64,000 nucleotides of DNA from Eledone cirrhosa (lineage: Eukaryota), in the NCBI GenBank assembly GCA_964016885.1, contig OZ024741.1, forward strand, positions 237,026,001-237,090,000, in the 5' to 3' direction. The position numbers and the translations under genes were made by a program. Positions 1-12,329 of this stretch are shown in pieces. A model generated the notes under the pieces. It saw nothing but the letters and a program-made list of their open reading frames with translations. It was not told where the DNA came from and searched no databases. Position 1 is the stretch's first letter; the number at the start of each line of letters is the position of its first letter.

Positions 1-200
1 AGTGGTGGGATGCTGGTGAGGGTAGGGGTGGTGGAGTTGGTGGTATATTATTGAAGGTGGTGACGGTGATGATGGAGATAGTGGAGGATAGTGGTGATAT
101 TGTTGAAGGTGATGGGGATGGTAACAATAGGGATACTGGTGTGGGTGAGTGATGATGGTGGTTGTGTCGGCGGTGGTTGGAAGAAAATATTGGTGTGAGT
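1..200. repeat. GGT/GAT-rich low-complexity tract
   Basis: Degenerate (GGT)n/(GAT)n. A similar tract lies at about 505-720. Confidence 0.7.
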
Positions 201-302
201 CGGTCGTCGTAGTTGTTTAGCCTGCATTGGCCAGGGCTGTAATAAAAGGACTTCCAGCCATTGCCATCCTGTCTTTTATGAATGTGCAGAGAAGTCAGAA
301 GC

Positions 303-405
303 ACGCCGAGGTTAACTTTGCCTTTCATCCTTACGGGGTCGATAAAATAAAGTACCAGTAATGCACTGGGTATTTGCTGGCCTTGTGCCAAATGTAGAAA
401 CAATC
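303..405 (+). mobile_element. Nin/Deu-domain SINE, 3' part
   Basis: GAGGTTAACTTTGCCTTTCATCCTTACGGGGTCGATAAAATAAAGTACCAGT plus the TTGCTGGCCTTGTGCC..TAGAAACAAT tail, as in the other copies. Confidence 0.8.
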
Positions 406-754
406 ATTAGATGTGTGCATTTTCTAAGACGGCGGCGGGGTGTGATATGAGGGGAGTTTGACTGCTATTTCTAGCCGGCCGAATGACCACATAGAGGTTT
501 CCACTGGGATGATGATGGCGGTGGCGGTAGCGGTGCTGCTGCTGCTGCTCCTGCTTCTAATTCTAGCGGTTGTAGAACTGAAGATCATTCGAGTGGTAGT
601 GGCGGTGAGGGTGGTGACGTGGACAGTAATTGTTCACAGGATTGTTGCTGAGGTGAGGAGGCGGCGGCGGCGGCGGAGGAGGTTGTCTTGTGATAATATG
701 GGTGGAAGTAGAAGGGGAAGGAGACGTTAGTGCGAAGAGAAGGGAAAATAAATA

Positions 755-880
755 TCTCACCACCACCGCCATCACTACCACTATTTCACGCCGAGAAGAG
801 TGAAAACAATTATTACAAACAGAAAAATGTTGGTGTTTGTAACTGACGGTCGGCGTTATGAATGAAAAATAATATAAATA
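755..880 (-). promoter_or_regulatory. Possible core promoter and first coding exon (MAVV) of a gene running off the left edge
   Basis: Minus strand: TATTTATA (880-873), TCAGTT Inr-like motif (846-841), ATGGCGGTGGTG (772-761), then a GTGAGA donor. The region is locally CpG-rich. Confidence 0.3.
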
Positions 881-927
881 ACGCCCCTTCCCTATTTCAT
901 TCATTCATATATATGTGTGTGTGTGTA

Positions 928-990
<63 letters not shown>

Positions 991-1103
991 AACAAGGGGA
1001 GAAGAATACTGCATGGTTGCACATGGATTACATATTATATATCTGTGTGTATATATATTGTGTGTGTGTGTATATATATATATAAATATATATAAATATA
1101 TAT

Positions 1104-1342
1104 ACGATATTAAATAAATGGAAACTATATTTATAAAACCATATTTATTTCATTATATATATTTCAGGGATATCATATTAACAATATGCTATGCCTTCCT
1201 CAGACAAAATGCAATATAGACAGTTTTATAGATAAATAGATTTGACATACCGTTCAACATCGACTTGTATTTGAAAAGTTGATTTGGCAGTTATAAATAT
1301 TTACTAGTTGTAACCCAACAATTTAAATATAACTTTCCATAT
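1104..1342 (-). mobile_element. Solo PLE 3' end with hammerhead, fused to an inverted copy of the extreme terminus
   Basis: 1104-1291 matches 52158-52346. 1288-1342 matches the reverse complement of 52070-52122. The two parts join at CAGT. Confidence 0.8.
1147..1210 (-). ncRNA. Type I hammerhead ribozyme (minimal stem III), family H1
   Basis: Minus strand: ATTTTGT-CTGAGGA-AGG..CATATT/AATATG..CCT-GAAA-TATATA-TA-ATGAAAT. The core is intact and stem I pairs with two GU wobbles. Confidence 0.75.
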
Positions 1343-1414
1343 AAATATATATATATATACACACACACACAGATACACACACACACACACATATATATAT
1401 ATTTATTTATTAAA

Positions 1415-1462
1415 TTAACAGATTCAAGTTTAAGCAAAGAATCGCTGCTTTCATCCTTAACG
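1415..1462 (-). ncRNA. 3' half of hammerhead family H2, truncated by microsatellite
   Basis: Minus strand CGTTAAGGATGAAAGCAGCGATTCTTTGCTTAAACTTGAATCTGTT is nearly identical to 49716-49761. Confidence 0.6.
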
Positions 1463-1519
1463 TATATGTGTGTGTGCATATATATATATATATGTATATG
1501 TGCGTGTGCTGTGTATGTG

Positions 1520-1644
1520 TGTAAAAGGTAAACAGAAATAACAAAAATAACGGCACAGTATATGGAAGAAATATATTAGCTTAATGTTTGAAATAGCAGG
1601 AAGAGAGTTTTAAGGTTTCGGACACTAGTCCTTCATCCGAAGAT
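1520..1644 (-). mobile_element. PLE-type tail with degenerate hammerhead
   Basis: Minus strand CGGATGA-A-GGAC-TAGT-GTCC-GAAA-CCTT. The downstream 1520-1577 is the reverse complement of the tail at about 7180-7240. Confidence 0.45.
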
Positions 1645-1872
1645 AGAGTTAGAAATAGAAGATGAATAGAAAGTAAAGAGTGATAAGAGGACACACAAAC
1701 ACAAACATACACACATCATCATCATCATCATTACCGTTTAACCTTCATTTTCCACACTGGCATGGGTTAATTATGTATATTGAACAACATCACATCTCTC
1801 AACTATTATTTATGATTGACTATTGCTAAAGTCATTTACACTGGGACGACTACATTTCATATATATATATAA

Positions 1873-2010
1873 ATTTTATTAAGGCTAAATAGTGAGTTTG
1901 TTAAGGCGAAACTCCAGAGTAACAAGACACCCTATTTAGCCTTAATAAAATGAATATTTAAACTCTACTTCAGTAATCATTTCTCTCAGTCGTCAACCAC
2001 ATACAGATAT
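1873..2010 (+). mobile_element. Short tail-out inverted module containing a hammerhead 3' half
   Basis: Arms 1873-1903 and 1920-1951 (outer 20 bp perfect) surround GAAA-CTCCAGAG-TA. The tail GTCAACCACATACAGATAT is shared with about 15696. Confidence 0.55.
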
Positions 2011-2229
2011 ATAATACATATATGATGGCTGGCCCCTTATTATCAAGTATGACCATTGCACGATATACCATTATTAATAATTTATTAATTAATCGTGCAA
2101 TGCCTGTGCTTGAAGATTTTTTTTAAAGTGAGGAAAGACTGTGCACTGAGCCAATCCCACTCACTGAGCGACAGTAGCTGTAACCTGAAAAGAAGAAAAG
2201 ATCAACATCATCAGTAACTACTGAGCCGC

Positions 2230-2602
2230 AGATTTTGTCTGAGTTATCCTAGTTTCCTGAGTTGCCTTCTCCTAGAAGAATGCCGTGACAAAGGCTAGGG
2301 TCCTCCACTCAAAGTGGTTTAACCGCGCGATCGGGTATCCAGCCCAACTATTTCTATCTCCCCACGCATATACATACACATACATATGTATATATATATA
2401 CATATTTACACATTTTTGGATGGCTCTTATGAGTTCTTCTGCCCTTTGTCAGGTTTTGTTTTTTTTTGTCCTGCAGGGTGTCCAAAATCACCCTCCTCAT
2501 TCAGTAAACTTGGTGGGGTTGCCGGTTTAGTCACCGATGACCCGACCATGCAACAAGTTGTACTGGGTTATATGTTACCAGTAGCACTCAAGAGTGATCC
2601 AA
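2230..2602 (-). mobile_element. Dispersed repeat, probable LINE (RTE) 5' UTR fragments
   Basis: 2420-2600 is the reverse complement of 42190-42370. It contains a TTCTAGGAGAAGG(C/A)AACTC box, also seen at about 42422. Confidence 0.55.
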
Positions 2603-2621
2603 CATATATATATATATATAA

Positions 2622-2790
2622 TCATCATCATCATTTAACATGTCTTGCACATATAGGACAGTTTCTGGCTGGTTTTCTACGGCTGGCTGCCCTTTCTAGC
2701 GCCAACCACATTTACAGTGTGTGCTGGGTGCTTTTTGTCGTGACACCTGCACAACCACTTACAAAGTGGGTTGGATGTTTTGTGGTACCA
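2622..2790 (-). mobile_element. RTE 3'UTR/SINE tail fragment
   Basis: AGGAAGGGCATCCAGC-type box and a (CAT)n tail. Related copies at 13770-13915, 15800-16110, 16125-16330, 16985-17210, 56495-56660 and 62214-62397. Confidence 0.65.
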
Positions 2791-2984
2791 ACATAACATA
2801 CACACACAGGCATATATATATATATTTACACACACACACATATATCATGATAATGATGCATATATATATATATATGGCATTGATAAATATGCTGGGTCCG
2901 TCAACCCCTATTAATATATATATATATTTGTGTGTACATATATCATCATCACCTCCGTATATATCATGTGTGTTCAGAAGTTAA

Positions 2985-3848
2985 TGTAGGTTTTTAACCA
3001 TTAAATTTAAAACTACAAAGCTCAGTCAAGAATAAACTTTACTGATAAAATAAAAACCATTAGAATCTACACCAAGTTTATTTATCCTGGTAAAATAGAA
3101 TTCTTCGAAGACATTTTTTGCAGCTGTTTGTTTGTTATCTTTTCCTTGCAAGAAGTCGGAATGTTTGAAAATGTGATAGTCAGTTGGTGAAATATCCTGT
3201 GAGTATGCGGGATAAGGCAATTTTGCAGTCCAATTCCTTCAACTTCTTGAGTGTTATTTGTGCAATATGTGGTTGTGCATTTTCATGCAGGAGTTTTGGA
3301 CATTTTCTAGTGATCAATACTGGACACATATGCTGCAATCTTTGATGCATTTCATTGATTTTGTGACAATACTTCTCTGCTGTGATTGTTTTGCCAATGA
3401 TTCAGAAAGCTGAAGTGGATTAATCATGGTGCTGACCACCAAACAGTCACAATTCTTTTGATGCACCTGTGGCTTTTGGGAAGTGTTTAGGAGCTTCATC
3501 GTGGTTCAACCACTATGCTGAATATCATCGGTTGCTATATTGAATACTCATTTCATAGCAAGTCACAATACGATCAAGACATTTTTTTTCTCACTAAAGA
3601 AGCAAGTGCAGACTTCATAAGAGTGATTTTTGTAGTTTTCAGTCAATTATGTGGCATCCATTTTTCAATTTTCTCCGACTATCTATTCCAGTACAAATGT
3701 TCAGAAACTGTTCCAATGCTTGCCTCTAGATCTTCTGCTAGCTCTCGAATAGTTGTGCGAGGATTTACTCCCACTAAAGCAAATCGTCATCAACGTCAGA
3801 AGAACATCTGCAGCCTTCCTTATCTTCAATGAATTCACTGCAACAAAA
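2985..3848 (-). pseudogene. Degenerate mariner transposase (DD34D C-terminal region)
   Basis: LPYPAYSQDISPTDYHIFKH matches the mariner LPHPPYSPDLAPSDYHLF motif. Multiple stops and frameshifts. Confidence 0.85.
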
Positions 3849-5269
3849 TTATATATATATATATATACACACACACAAATATACATATATATATATTTTT
3901 TTTATATGTATATCAGCAGCAGCAGTATATCTGTTTTACGTCTCGTTTTCATGTTGGTATGGGTTTGACAGATTGTCACATTCTGAGGCTAGACAAGTCA
4001 GATAATTGTGTCTCATTCATACGTTCCATTCTGGCATGGTCATTAGGCTAGATACGGAGTGCGTTTTATCATAGCACCACTACTACCTCTTAACAGTGAA
4101 AGCTGAGTGCACTACCACTTTACAATGTGGATTGGGTGCATTTTATTGTGGCATCAGCACTACCATGCTTCAAATCTAAGGCGCTTGTGTTCTCGGCCAG
4201 GCAGGGAGGGCAGTGATAGGAGCTGGGGGAGGGGATGAGAGTGGAGAGGGTGTAAGTTCCATGTGGTCTTAAGAGGAGTGAATGAGTGGCATCTTGTGGT
4301 ATTGTTGGGTGCATCCAGCTTTCCATGCTAGGAAATTTAGGGATAAATTCGGCGAGAGGGGAGGGGTGATTGGAAGGAGTAAGTGCATATATGTGTATGT
4401 CTGTTTGAATAAGTTGTTGTTTGTACAAATACACTATAATTTTCATATCTTGACATCCATTTGCTAAAAATGGATTTAAAAAAATCAAAACAGTTAGTCC
4501 CATCTAGTTTATCATTACGCTAGCCACTCATTATATTTTCCATATATATTGTGTTATATAAACATTATTTCCAGTTGCATGATCAGCAGCAATCCACGAC
4601 AGAGATTAATCTCAACAATATATAAAATTTGCCTACTCTGGTTATTGAGCACTTTTTCTCGTTTTTGTAACCACCTAAACATACAGATGTGATATTTCAG
4701 TAGCTGCTGATGTAGTGAAGATAAGTTTGATGTTTGTGACACAAATTTTTTCCTGAGCATCAGACAAGAGAGACCCAGCTACAAAGACCTGTGATTTATA
4801 TTTGGTGTATGTGTGTCTGTCAGTCTCCTGAAATGAAGTAAAGCTAGCTCCCCTCCACCACCACCACCAGCCTACTGGTCTTTTTGTCTGGGCTTCACTG
4901 GACTGGACTGGTCTAGTCTAGCTAGATGTAGAGGGGAAGGATAAGCAGCACATACACAACTACATTAATAATAACAACAGCTAGCAAAACAAAAAGAGAG
5001 TTCCTATCTAGTCTGGCAGTAGTCCTTCAGAAATTAGCCACTAGGAGATCTCACTTGCTTGCTCCTTCTCTACAGCCAAATAAATTGGCCCTGAGATGAA
5101 AATGAAACACACCAATCATCTGAGATCACTATTTTCATTACAGCAGCTTTTGGCATTGATATTGCCATCATCATCATCATCATCATCATCAATACAGTTA
5201 CCATCACAGGTCTTTGATTGGACATAGGAGAAATTGTAAGAAACTCTCAAACTTATACTTAAGTATGCT

Positions 5270-5385
5270 ATAATGTATATATATATATATGTATATGTGC
5301 ATATAAAATGTATATTTATAAAATGTATATAAAACGTATATATATATATATGCATATGTGTATATAAAATGTGTATATTTATAAA

Positions 5386-5424
<39 letters not shown>

Positions 5425-5610
5425 AATAAATATATATATATAAATGTATATATATGCATATGTGTATATAAATGTATATATCTATGTATATATATATATA
5501 ATGTGTGTGTAACGTAAAATGATGATGTATAATGTATGTATATATGTATATGTCTATATTTATGTATAATGTATTTACATATATATGGATATATATGTAT
5601 ATATATATGG

Positions 5611-5641
<31 letters not shown>

Positions 5642-5841
5642 AATATATGTATGTATAATATTTGTGCATATATATGTATATATATATGTATGTATAATAT
5701 ATGTACATATATGTATGTATAACGTATATATATATATAATGTATGTATATATATGATATATATACATATATGTATGTATAACGTATATATATATAATGTA
5801 TGTATATATATGATATATACATTATATATATGTGTATGTAT

Positions 5842-5876
<35 letters not shown>
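5270..5876. repeat. Interrupted (TA)n microsatellite
   Basis: Read directly from the sequence. Confidence 0.95.
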
Positions 5877-6460
5877 GCCTTGGATGGGTCCTCAGCACAG
5901 CATCTCTCCACACATCGTGATCTTTTGTCATTTCCTCTGTGAGTCTTAGTGATTTGAAATCAGCTCTCACCAACTCTGTCCAGGGCTTTCTTGGTCTACC
6001 TCTACCGTGGCTTCCTTCCATTGGCATTTCCTGATACCTTTTCACCCTACAATCATTGTCCATGTGCATCTCATGTCCAAACCAATGCGGTCTTCTCTCC
6101 TGCACAGACCCTCGAATTCCTCTTAAACCCAGTTTCTCCCTCAACTCGTCCAAGAGAACATATCTTCTTTATTTCTCTTCAGTCTACACATGTTTTCTGT
6201 AATCACAGCCCCTATTTTACTACCATGCAGCATTGCACTCTACACACAGGTGTCATAGAGTCATCCTTTTTTTCATCCTGTCCTTATTCTAGCTATTATG
6301 CTCTCAGAGCACCTTCCTCCATTGCTAATTGCGTCGCCTAGATAGCAGAAGCTATCAACCACTTCCGTGGGACTTTCCTGTGACTGGAATAGGTTTACAT
6401 CACTGTCTATAATCCCTTTAGTTACCCCCTGAGCATCTTCTTAAACAAAGTCTTCCCTTC
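5877..6460 (-). mobile_element. RTE LINE family A, degenerate 3' fragment
   Basis: DELREKLGLRGIRGSVQERRPHWFGHEMHM..GRGRPRKPW, matching the C-terminus of the 50392-51654 ORF. Confidence 0.9.
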
Positions 6461-6600
6461 CTGTTAGTTTACCCATGTATATTTATATATGTATGTATCT
6501 ATGTATATATATATATATGTGTATATATATGTGTGTATATATATGTATGTTTATATATATATATATGTATGTTTATATCATTATTACTTTTACTTTTACT

Positions 6601-6791
6601 GCAGTGGATTGGCAGTATCGGTAGAGGGTCAGACGCCATGCTTTGACGCATAGAGTTACGGCCCTTGCCATTCTGAGTTCAAATCCCGCTGAGGTTAACT
6701 TTGCCTTTCATCCTTACGGGGTCGATAAAATAAAGTACCAGTAATGCACTGGGAAATTGCTGGCCTTGTGCCTAAAGTAGAAACAATTATT
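6601..6791 (+). mobile_element. Full-length tRNA-headed Nin-domain SINE
   Basis: TGGCAGTATCGG A-box-like, GAGTTCAAATCC B box, Nin core, TAGAAACAATTATT tail. Confidence 0.85.
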
Positions 6792-7060
6792 AATACCTTC
6801 AGATTTTTTTATTTAATCATTTTACTTTTATTAACATCATTTTCCATACATGGTAGCTGGAAATCATTCAGCTATTCTAAAAAGAATATTAATCCCCTGA
6901 TTTTCTAATAGCAAGAAATTGTTCTTCTCGCTCCATATAATGACATAATTATCCTTGCATATATTTTGCTCATCACAAGAGAATGTCTTCACATACTGCC
7001 GTTATGTTTTCATGTTTTCTTTTAGTCGTAACGTTTTTCTTAAATATTTACTTCTGCGTC

Positions 7061-7140
7061 TACAGATAGATCTTTCTCAGTTTCAGAAGATCCCATATAG
7101 GGTGAACGCAGAAATTCTTTGCTTAAACTTTAATCTGTAC
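7061..7140 (+). ncRNA. Hammerhead-like motif family H2 (GAAC variant, probably inactive)
   Basis: AGTTT-CAGAAGA-TCCC..GGGT-GAAC-GCA..TGC-TT-AAACT, a homologue of 49685-49760. Confidence 0.55.
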
Positions 7141-7639
7141 TAATAATAAATAAATAAATAAATATATATATATATAATAATATATTTTTTCCATGTACTG
7201 TTTGTTTTGTTATTTTTGTTATTTCTGTTTACCTTTTACATATATATAACTATAATTTGATAATGCTCTATTATAAATTCGATATAAGTGACTCCAAACT
7301 AATGTTATCCATGAACCAAATAAATACTATCAAAACATATACACAAACATATACATGTATATATTATACACACATATTTATATGTATATTTTTAAATTGA
7401 CTTCATGTTTTTGTGTATATTTGTAACTTTGCAAACCCTGTTAATTACAAGATTCTAAGCTCTCATCCAGTTTCTCTACTCTCTCTCACCTTAGGTCGGC
7501 TGTTCTAAGAAGTCATGAAATATTTATTGCCTTGACCACTGGCCGAAGACTACTGTTCACCTGAAGGTAAATAACAGCACTTACTACTGCTACTACCACC
7601 ATCACCACTACCTCTACTGGGTTACCAACATTATTACTA

Positions 7640-7828
7640 GAGCACCATGTTTTGCAGAATAGAGTTACGGTCCTTTACGGTCTGAGTTCAAATCCTGCTG
7701 AGGTTAACTTTGCCTTTCATCCTTACGGGGTCGATAAAATAAAGCACCAGTCACGCACTGGAGTCGATTTAATCGACTTCCCCTTCCCCCAAATTACTGG
7801 CCTTGTGCCTATATAAGAAACCATTATT
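7640..7828 (+). mobile_element. Nin-domain SINE
   Basis: B box, Nin core and tail present. Confidence 0.8.
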
Positions 7829-8380
7829 ACTAATATCACCACCACAACTACTACTAGGATTACCAGCATTATTACTACCACCCCATCCCCATAACTATTA
7901 CTCCACCTCCACCATTACCACTACTACTATGTTTCAAATTTAGGAACCCAAAGAAATTAGAAACCTGAAACTTTACCAACAAACTATTAGGGGTTGATGT
8001 AATCGACTAGAACTTAACATACACACACATGTGCATGTATGGACCTGTAACTAATGATGGAACTGTAGGGTTGACATAGTGACATACTGCATATCTTGGG
8101 CATTTTTAACCTGCTGGAGCCCATCTCTCACCAGATTTAAATATAAATGATTTCTTTCTGAAAAGGAGATAGTATTATAGAGAGGAGGTGAGAAAGAGAT
8201 ATTGGGGAAGAATAGATCCTAGGACCGTAAAGATGATGAAAAGATATATATAAACTTAGGAAAATTAACAAAAGGAGGACAAAACAACAAAGGAAAACCA
8301 GGCTAAACGAAAAACATTTTTTTAAAGGGTGAACCTTAAAAAATTATTTTTTGAAAATAAAAACACACACACATACATAT

Positions 8381-8563
8381 AATTGTTTCTACTTTTGGCA
8401 CAAGGCCAGCAATTATTCCAGTGCATTACTGGTACTTTATTTTATCGACCCCGTAAGGATGAAAGGCAAAGTTAACCTAGGCGGGATTTGAACTCAGAAT
8501 GGCAAGGGCCGTAACTCTATGCATCAAAGCATGGCGTCCAAACCCTCTACCGATACTGCCAAT
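8381..8563 (-). mobile_element. Nin-domain SINE
   Basis: Reverse complement of the 6601 copy. Confidence 0.85.
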
Positions 8564-8632
8564 ATAATATAAGAAAGTATTGCACCAAGAAAAATATAGA
8601 CCCCAGCGAGAAAAGATAGAAAGAATTTATTG

Positions 8633-8741
8633 GCTTTAACATATGTTTCTATGTATTATAATAGTCTACATATGCTGACTACAATATATATTGTTCAATC
8701 TTATGTAATACATAATTATCTATCACACATCTTCAGAAAGC
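8633..8741 (-). ncRNA. Type I hammerhead with long stem II insert, family H3
   Basis: Minus strand: GCTTT-CTGAAGA-TGTGT...ACATA-GAAA-CATATG-TT-AAAGC, then AATAAA. Confidence 0.7.
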
Positions 8742-10494
8742 TTAAAGTTGTTTGTGGTCGTGTCTTTCCAACATGCCATAGAATTCATAAATGAGATGTT
8801 CAATTTAAAAATGTTATTTACATTTAAGAAAATAAAATAGAACAAGAATAAACCAAATGACAATAAAATAAAATAAGATAAAATACAGTAAGTATATATA
8901 TGTCACAGGATTGTGATCTCTAGCATTATACAGTACTGTAGAAGACCTGCCTTCTCATGTGCATGGGATGAAGCAACATCTCATGGTCTCTAGTTGACAC
9001 CACTTCTCCCCCTACTCCTCCCACGTCTTAATCACCTCACCAGTTAAGTACCCCATCCTAGACCTACATATACCCCCAACCGACTTTCCATATTGATGCA
9101 CCTCTCTTGATCAACAAGTATGGAAAGCTGAACACGCTTTCCAACAATGCTGCTGGGGTGGCTGAAAGCTCTCAGTCTACCCTGTGAGATGGTCATGTTG
9201 GTGATACAACAAAAGCCCTTAGTCCACCATGTCAAGTGCTCATGTTGGTTTTATGAGTGGCACTGCCATTCAAAAGACAGAGGAAGATATTGGATACCAG
9301 GACTTGACCAACTGCTTCCTTTTCAAGCTGTTTACCATTGAGACTTCCAGTGTTTCAGGCCCTGAGTTGCCATTTTCTCTACAAAATTAGGAGGAATGCA
9401 CCTAGCGTGCAGAAGGAGCACTGTGAGGTAGAGTGGATGATGCCAACTGTTTTCTGCGGTAATGCTTTTGCAATCTTCTGTGCATGGTGCAGCTGAGATA
9501 TTACTACCTAGACTGACGTGTATTGTCTGTTGCTCTCCCTTCCCCCTTAATTTCATTAAAAAAATTTACTTTTTTAATTGCAAACATTATACAAATTAAT
9601 CAAAATTTGTTGAATAAAGTATATGTTTACAGGAAATTTATTTTTTTGTAGCAAGCCCTGTGTGTATGTGCCACACACACACACACACCCTTTACAACAA
9701 GTTAGGCAGATATTAGTAGAAGTTATGTGAAGACTAGGTAGGTCTACCACTCCAACTGGAGGGCTTCCTAACTGAAAGTCCAATTATTAAACTGTCATCA
9801 ACGTTTATGTGTGTGGAGAGTGAACTCAGTTGGTGTGTAACGGTCATGGTGGTGGAGGAGCTGTGTTGGGTAACAGAGGGAAAGAAGATTGTTTTGTGCC
9901 TTAGTGTGTGTAGGTAATTAACGTTTTTTGAATGGAAATTGAGGTTGTGTGTGTGTATCTAATTTTCCCAGTATGTATGTGTTAAACTTAGTGTGTGATA
10001 GTAGTATTGTTATAAATAACAATAGCTACGGTTTCTGTCACTAAATGTAACTGGGTTTGTGTTGCCATAAATGTTTGTTGTTGTTGTTTTTATTTCTATT
10101 GTAATTCGTTTTATATGTGTTGATTCTATGTGTAGCAGCTAAGGAAGGGAGTTCTTCCCTACTATAGCTGAATCTTAGACAGATAGAGGAAGATTCATCA
10201 GAAACAAGAGTAGTAGTTGTAGTAGTGGTATTAGCAGTGGTGGTAGTCCTCCTCCGATGACCAACTTAAACTTTAATCTCCCACCCTCCCTCATCTTCCC
10301 CTCCATCATACTGCTGAGACTACAAATCAGGATATCCATTGATAAAAAAAAATACATGGATTAGTTTTTGACTTGTAGTTGTGGTGGTCGTCATCGTGAG
10401 TAGTGGTGATAGTTATCGACGTGGTGGTGGTAGCATTGAAAATGGGTGGGTTTTCGTTTTCGTAGTTGTGTTTGGCTACACATACGATGGTCGT

Positions 10495-10660
10495 TGTTGT
10501 TTAACCCAATCAAGCCGGCCTATGATCAAAAGCGATCTAGCCGCTCTAGCAGTATATTATCTCGAGTATCCTTACTGTTTTAAGACAGTAGGGTATGATT
10601 TAAGGGATATTTGGCTACTATCTTGAGCAGGTCGAACTACCACGCAGAGGCTCCCTTCTT
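10495..10660 (+). repeat. Unclassified dispersed repeat (GACCTATGATCAAAG / GGCTGCTATTTCTAGCAGG family)
   Basis: Diverged copies at about 210-275, 450-500, 20550-21170 (three in tandem), 23225-23560 and 30510-30725. Confidence 0.65.
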
Positions 10661-11380
10661 GGATTCTAGTGGTAGTAACTGATGATGGTTATAGTCTAGA
10701 GATGGTGGTGGTGGAAGTAGCTAGATGTGGAGTAGTAGTAATGGAGATATTTGATTCCTTGTCTATAATACCTTTTTTCCTCTACCCCTCTTTCGCGTGT
10801 GTATGTACGTATATATATATATATATATATGTGTGTTACAAAATGATAACTAACTGGGATTGCGATTGCAACACTCAAATCAATATATCATGTAATTAGA
10901 TTCAAGCACTCAACGTCATATGTATCCTTCCAATTCCGATGTGGTAGTCCATGATGGAGTATACATGATAAAAATGCGAAGACCAGATACATATATCATC
11001 ACCATTTAACATTTGTTCTGCTTGCTAACAAGGGTTAGCCAGGTTATCACAGACAAAGTCAATACATAATCCGTTCAACTCACCTCACAGACAGGCTCAG
11101 AGGTGTGAGTGATTTCGCTCTTACATAGATTTTCACACTTTCTAGAGTATAGTGATTGAGTTTTCTTGTGACCCAACACTAGGGAGGTTGTTGTACCCTT
11201 GACATAATTGGAGAATCCTCTCAATCCTCTTTCGTAAGTTTCCTACAGCTACAGCTAGATGCCATTCCCCATGCCAACCACTGTATAGAGTGTACCAGGT
11301 GCATTTTTCAGGATACTAACACCCATGTACGTTACATGACTGCAGAGTATAATATATGTATACATGTATATATATATATT

Positions 11381-11771
11381 GTTATACTTTGGGAGGGTCA
11401 TGCTGCCAATAAAAACACAGGCACCTGTTGGTTTTCACTTCAATTTATTATAAATTTCCGGTTGGTTGGTTGGTTCGATAATCGGATGGTTGTTTATATA
11501 TTGCAAAGCTCTTTCATCACACATTCTGTGACCTCTCAGTGACTGGGTTTTTATTGGTGTAGGACAGAACAAAAGAGAGACACAAAATAAAAACCCAGTC
11601 ACTGAGAAGGTCACAGAATGTGTGACGAAAGAGCTTTGACAATATATAAACAACCATCGGGTTATCAAACCAACCAAGCATCCAGCCGGAAATTTATAAT
11701 AAATTGAAATGAAAACCAGCAGGTGTGTGTGTTTTTTATTGGCAGCATGACCCCCCCCCCCAAAGTATAAC
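11381..11771. mobile_element. Foldback element, about 180-bp imperfect arms, each with a hammerhead-like motif
   Basis: Arms 11381-11560 and 11580-11771. Plus-strand motif at 11598-11640: GTCA-CTGAGAAG-GTCACA..TGTGAC-GAAA-GAGC-TT-TGAC. Confidence 0.85.
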
Positions 11772-11811
11772 CATATCTGTTTCATCACACACACACGCGT
11801 GTGTGTGTGTG

Positions 11812-12120
11812 TGGTGGCATATTAGCAGTACCGTTAGAACATCAGATAGAATACTTTGCAGTATTCATGGTAATTCTGTGCACCCTGAGCTCAAGTCCCA
11901 CTGAGGTCAACTTTGCCTTTCATCCTTTCAAGGTCAATAAAAACGTACTAGTCTAGTATTGGGGTCGACTCTTCCTTTATATCTCTTTCTCACTTTCTAT
12001 CCTTCTTTGGAAGAAGTCTACTGTGTTCAGACCTGGAGAATGATGGATCCTACCAGGCTTAAAAGTGCCTGTATTCCACTACGGTGTCCCCATGACTCCA
12101 TTAAGAGTTATGGGACCATA
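11812..12120 (+). mobile_element. Nin-domain SINE subfamily with an alternative 3' extension
   Basis: Nin core followed by a CAGACCTGGA..AAAAGTGCC segment. The same layout occurs at 17755-18085 and 62970-63260. Confidence 0.65.
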
Positions 12121-12329
12121 CCATACACATATATGTATATATTGTAAATATATGTAAATGTGTATATATATGCATGTGTATATATATGCATGCATATATA
12201 TATATGTGTGTGTGTATATATATACTCACATAGCGTATGAATAAAAAAAAAATATATATATATGTGCGTGTGTATATATTTATATGTATGTATATATATA
12301 TATGTGTGTGTGTATTCTCTGGCTGACTC

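Noticed and set aside
458-730. ORF with a hydrophobic stretch and poly-Arg
   Set aside because: It derives from trinucleotide repeats and a dispersed repeat, with no recognisable domain.
2053-2113. Hairpin CATTGCACGAT/ATCGTGCAATG as a pre-miRNA
   Set aside because: Short stem with a large AT-rich loop, located among repeats. No further support.
6601-6700. tRNA-like A/B boxes, also near 56760-56831
   Set aside because: They are SINE heads. No complete cloverleaf is present.
7495-7566. Exon-like segment with a good acceptor and a GTAAAT donor
   Set aside because: All three frames contain stops and no partner exon is supported. It could only be non-coding.
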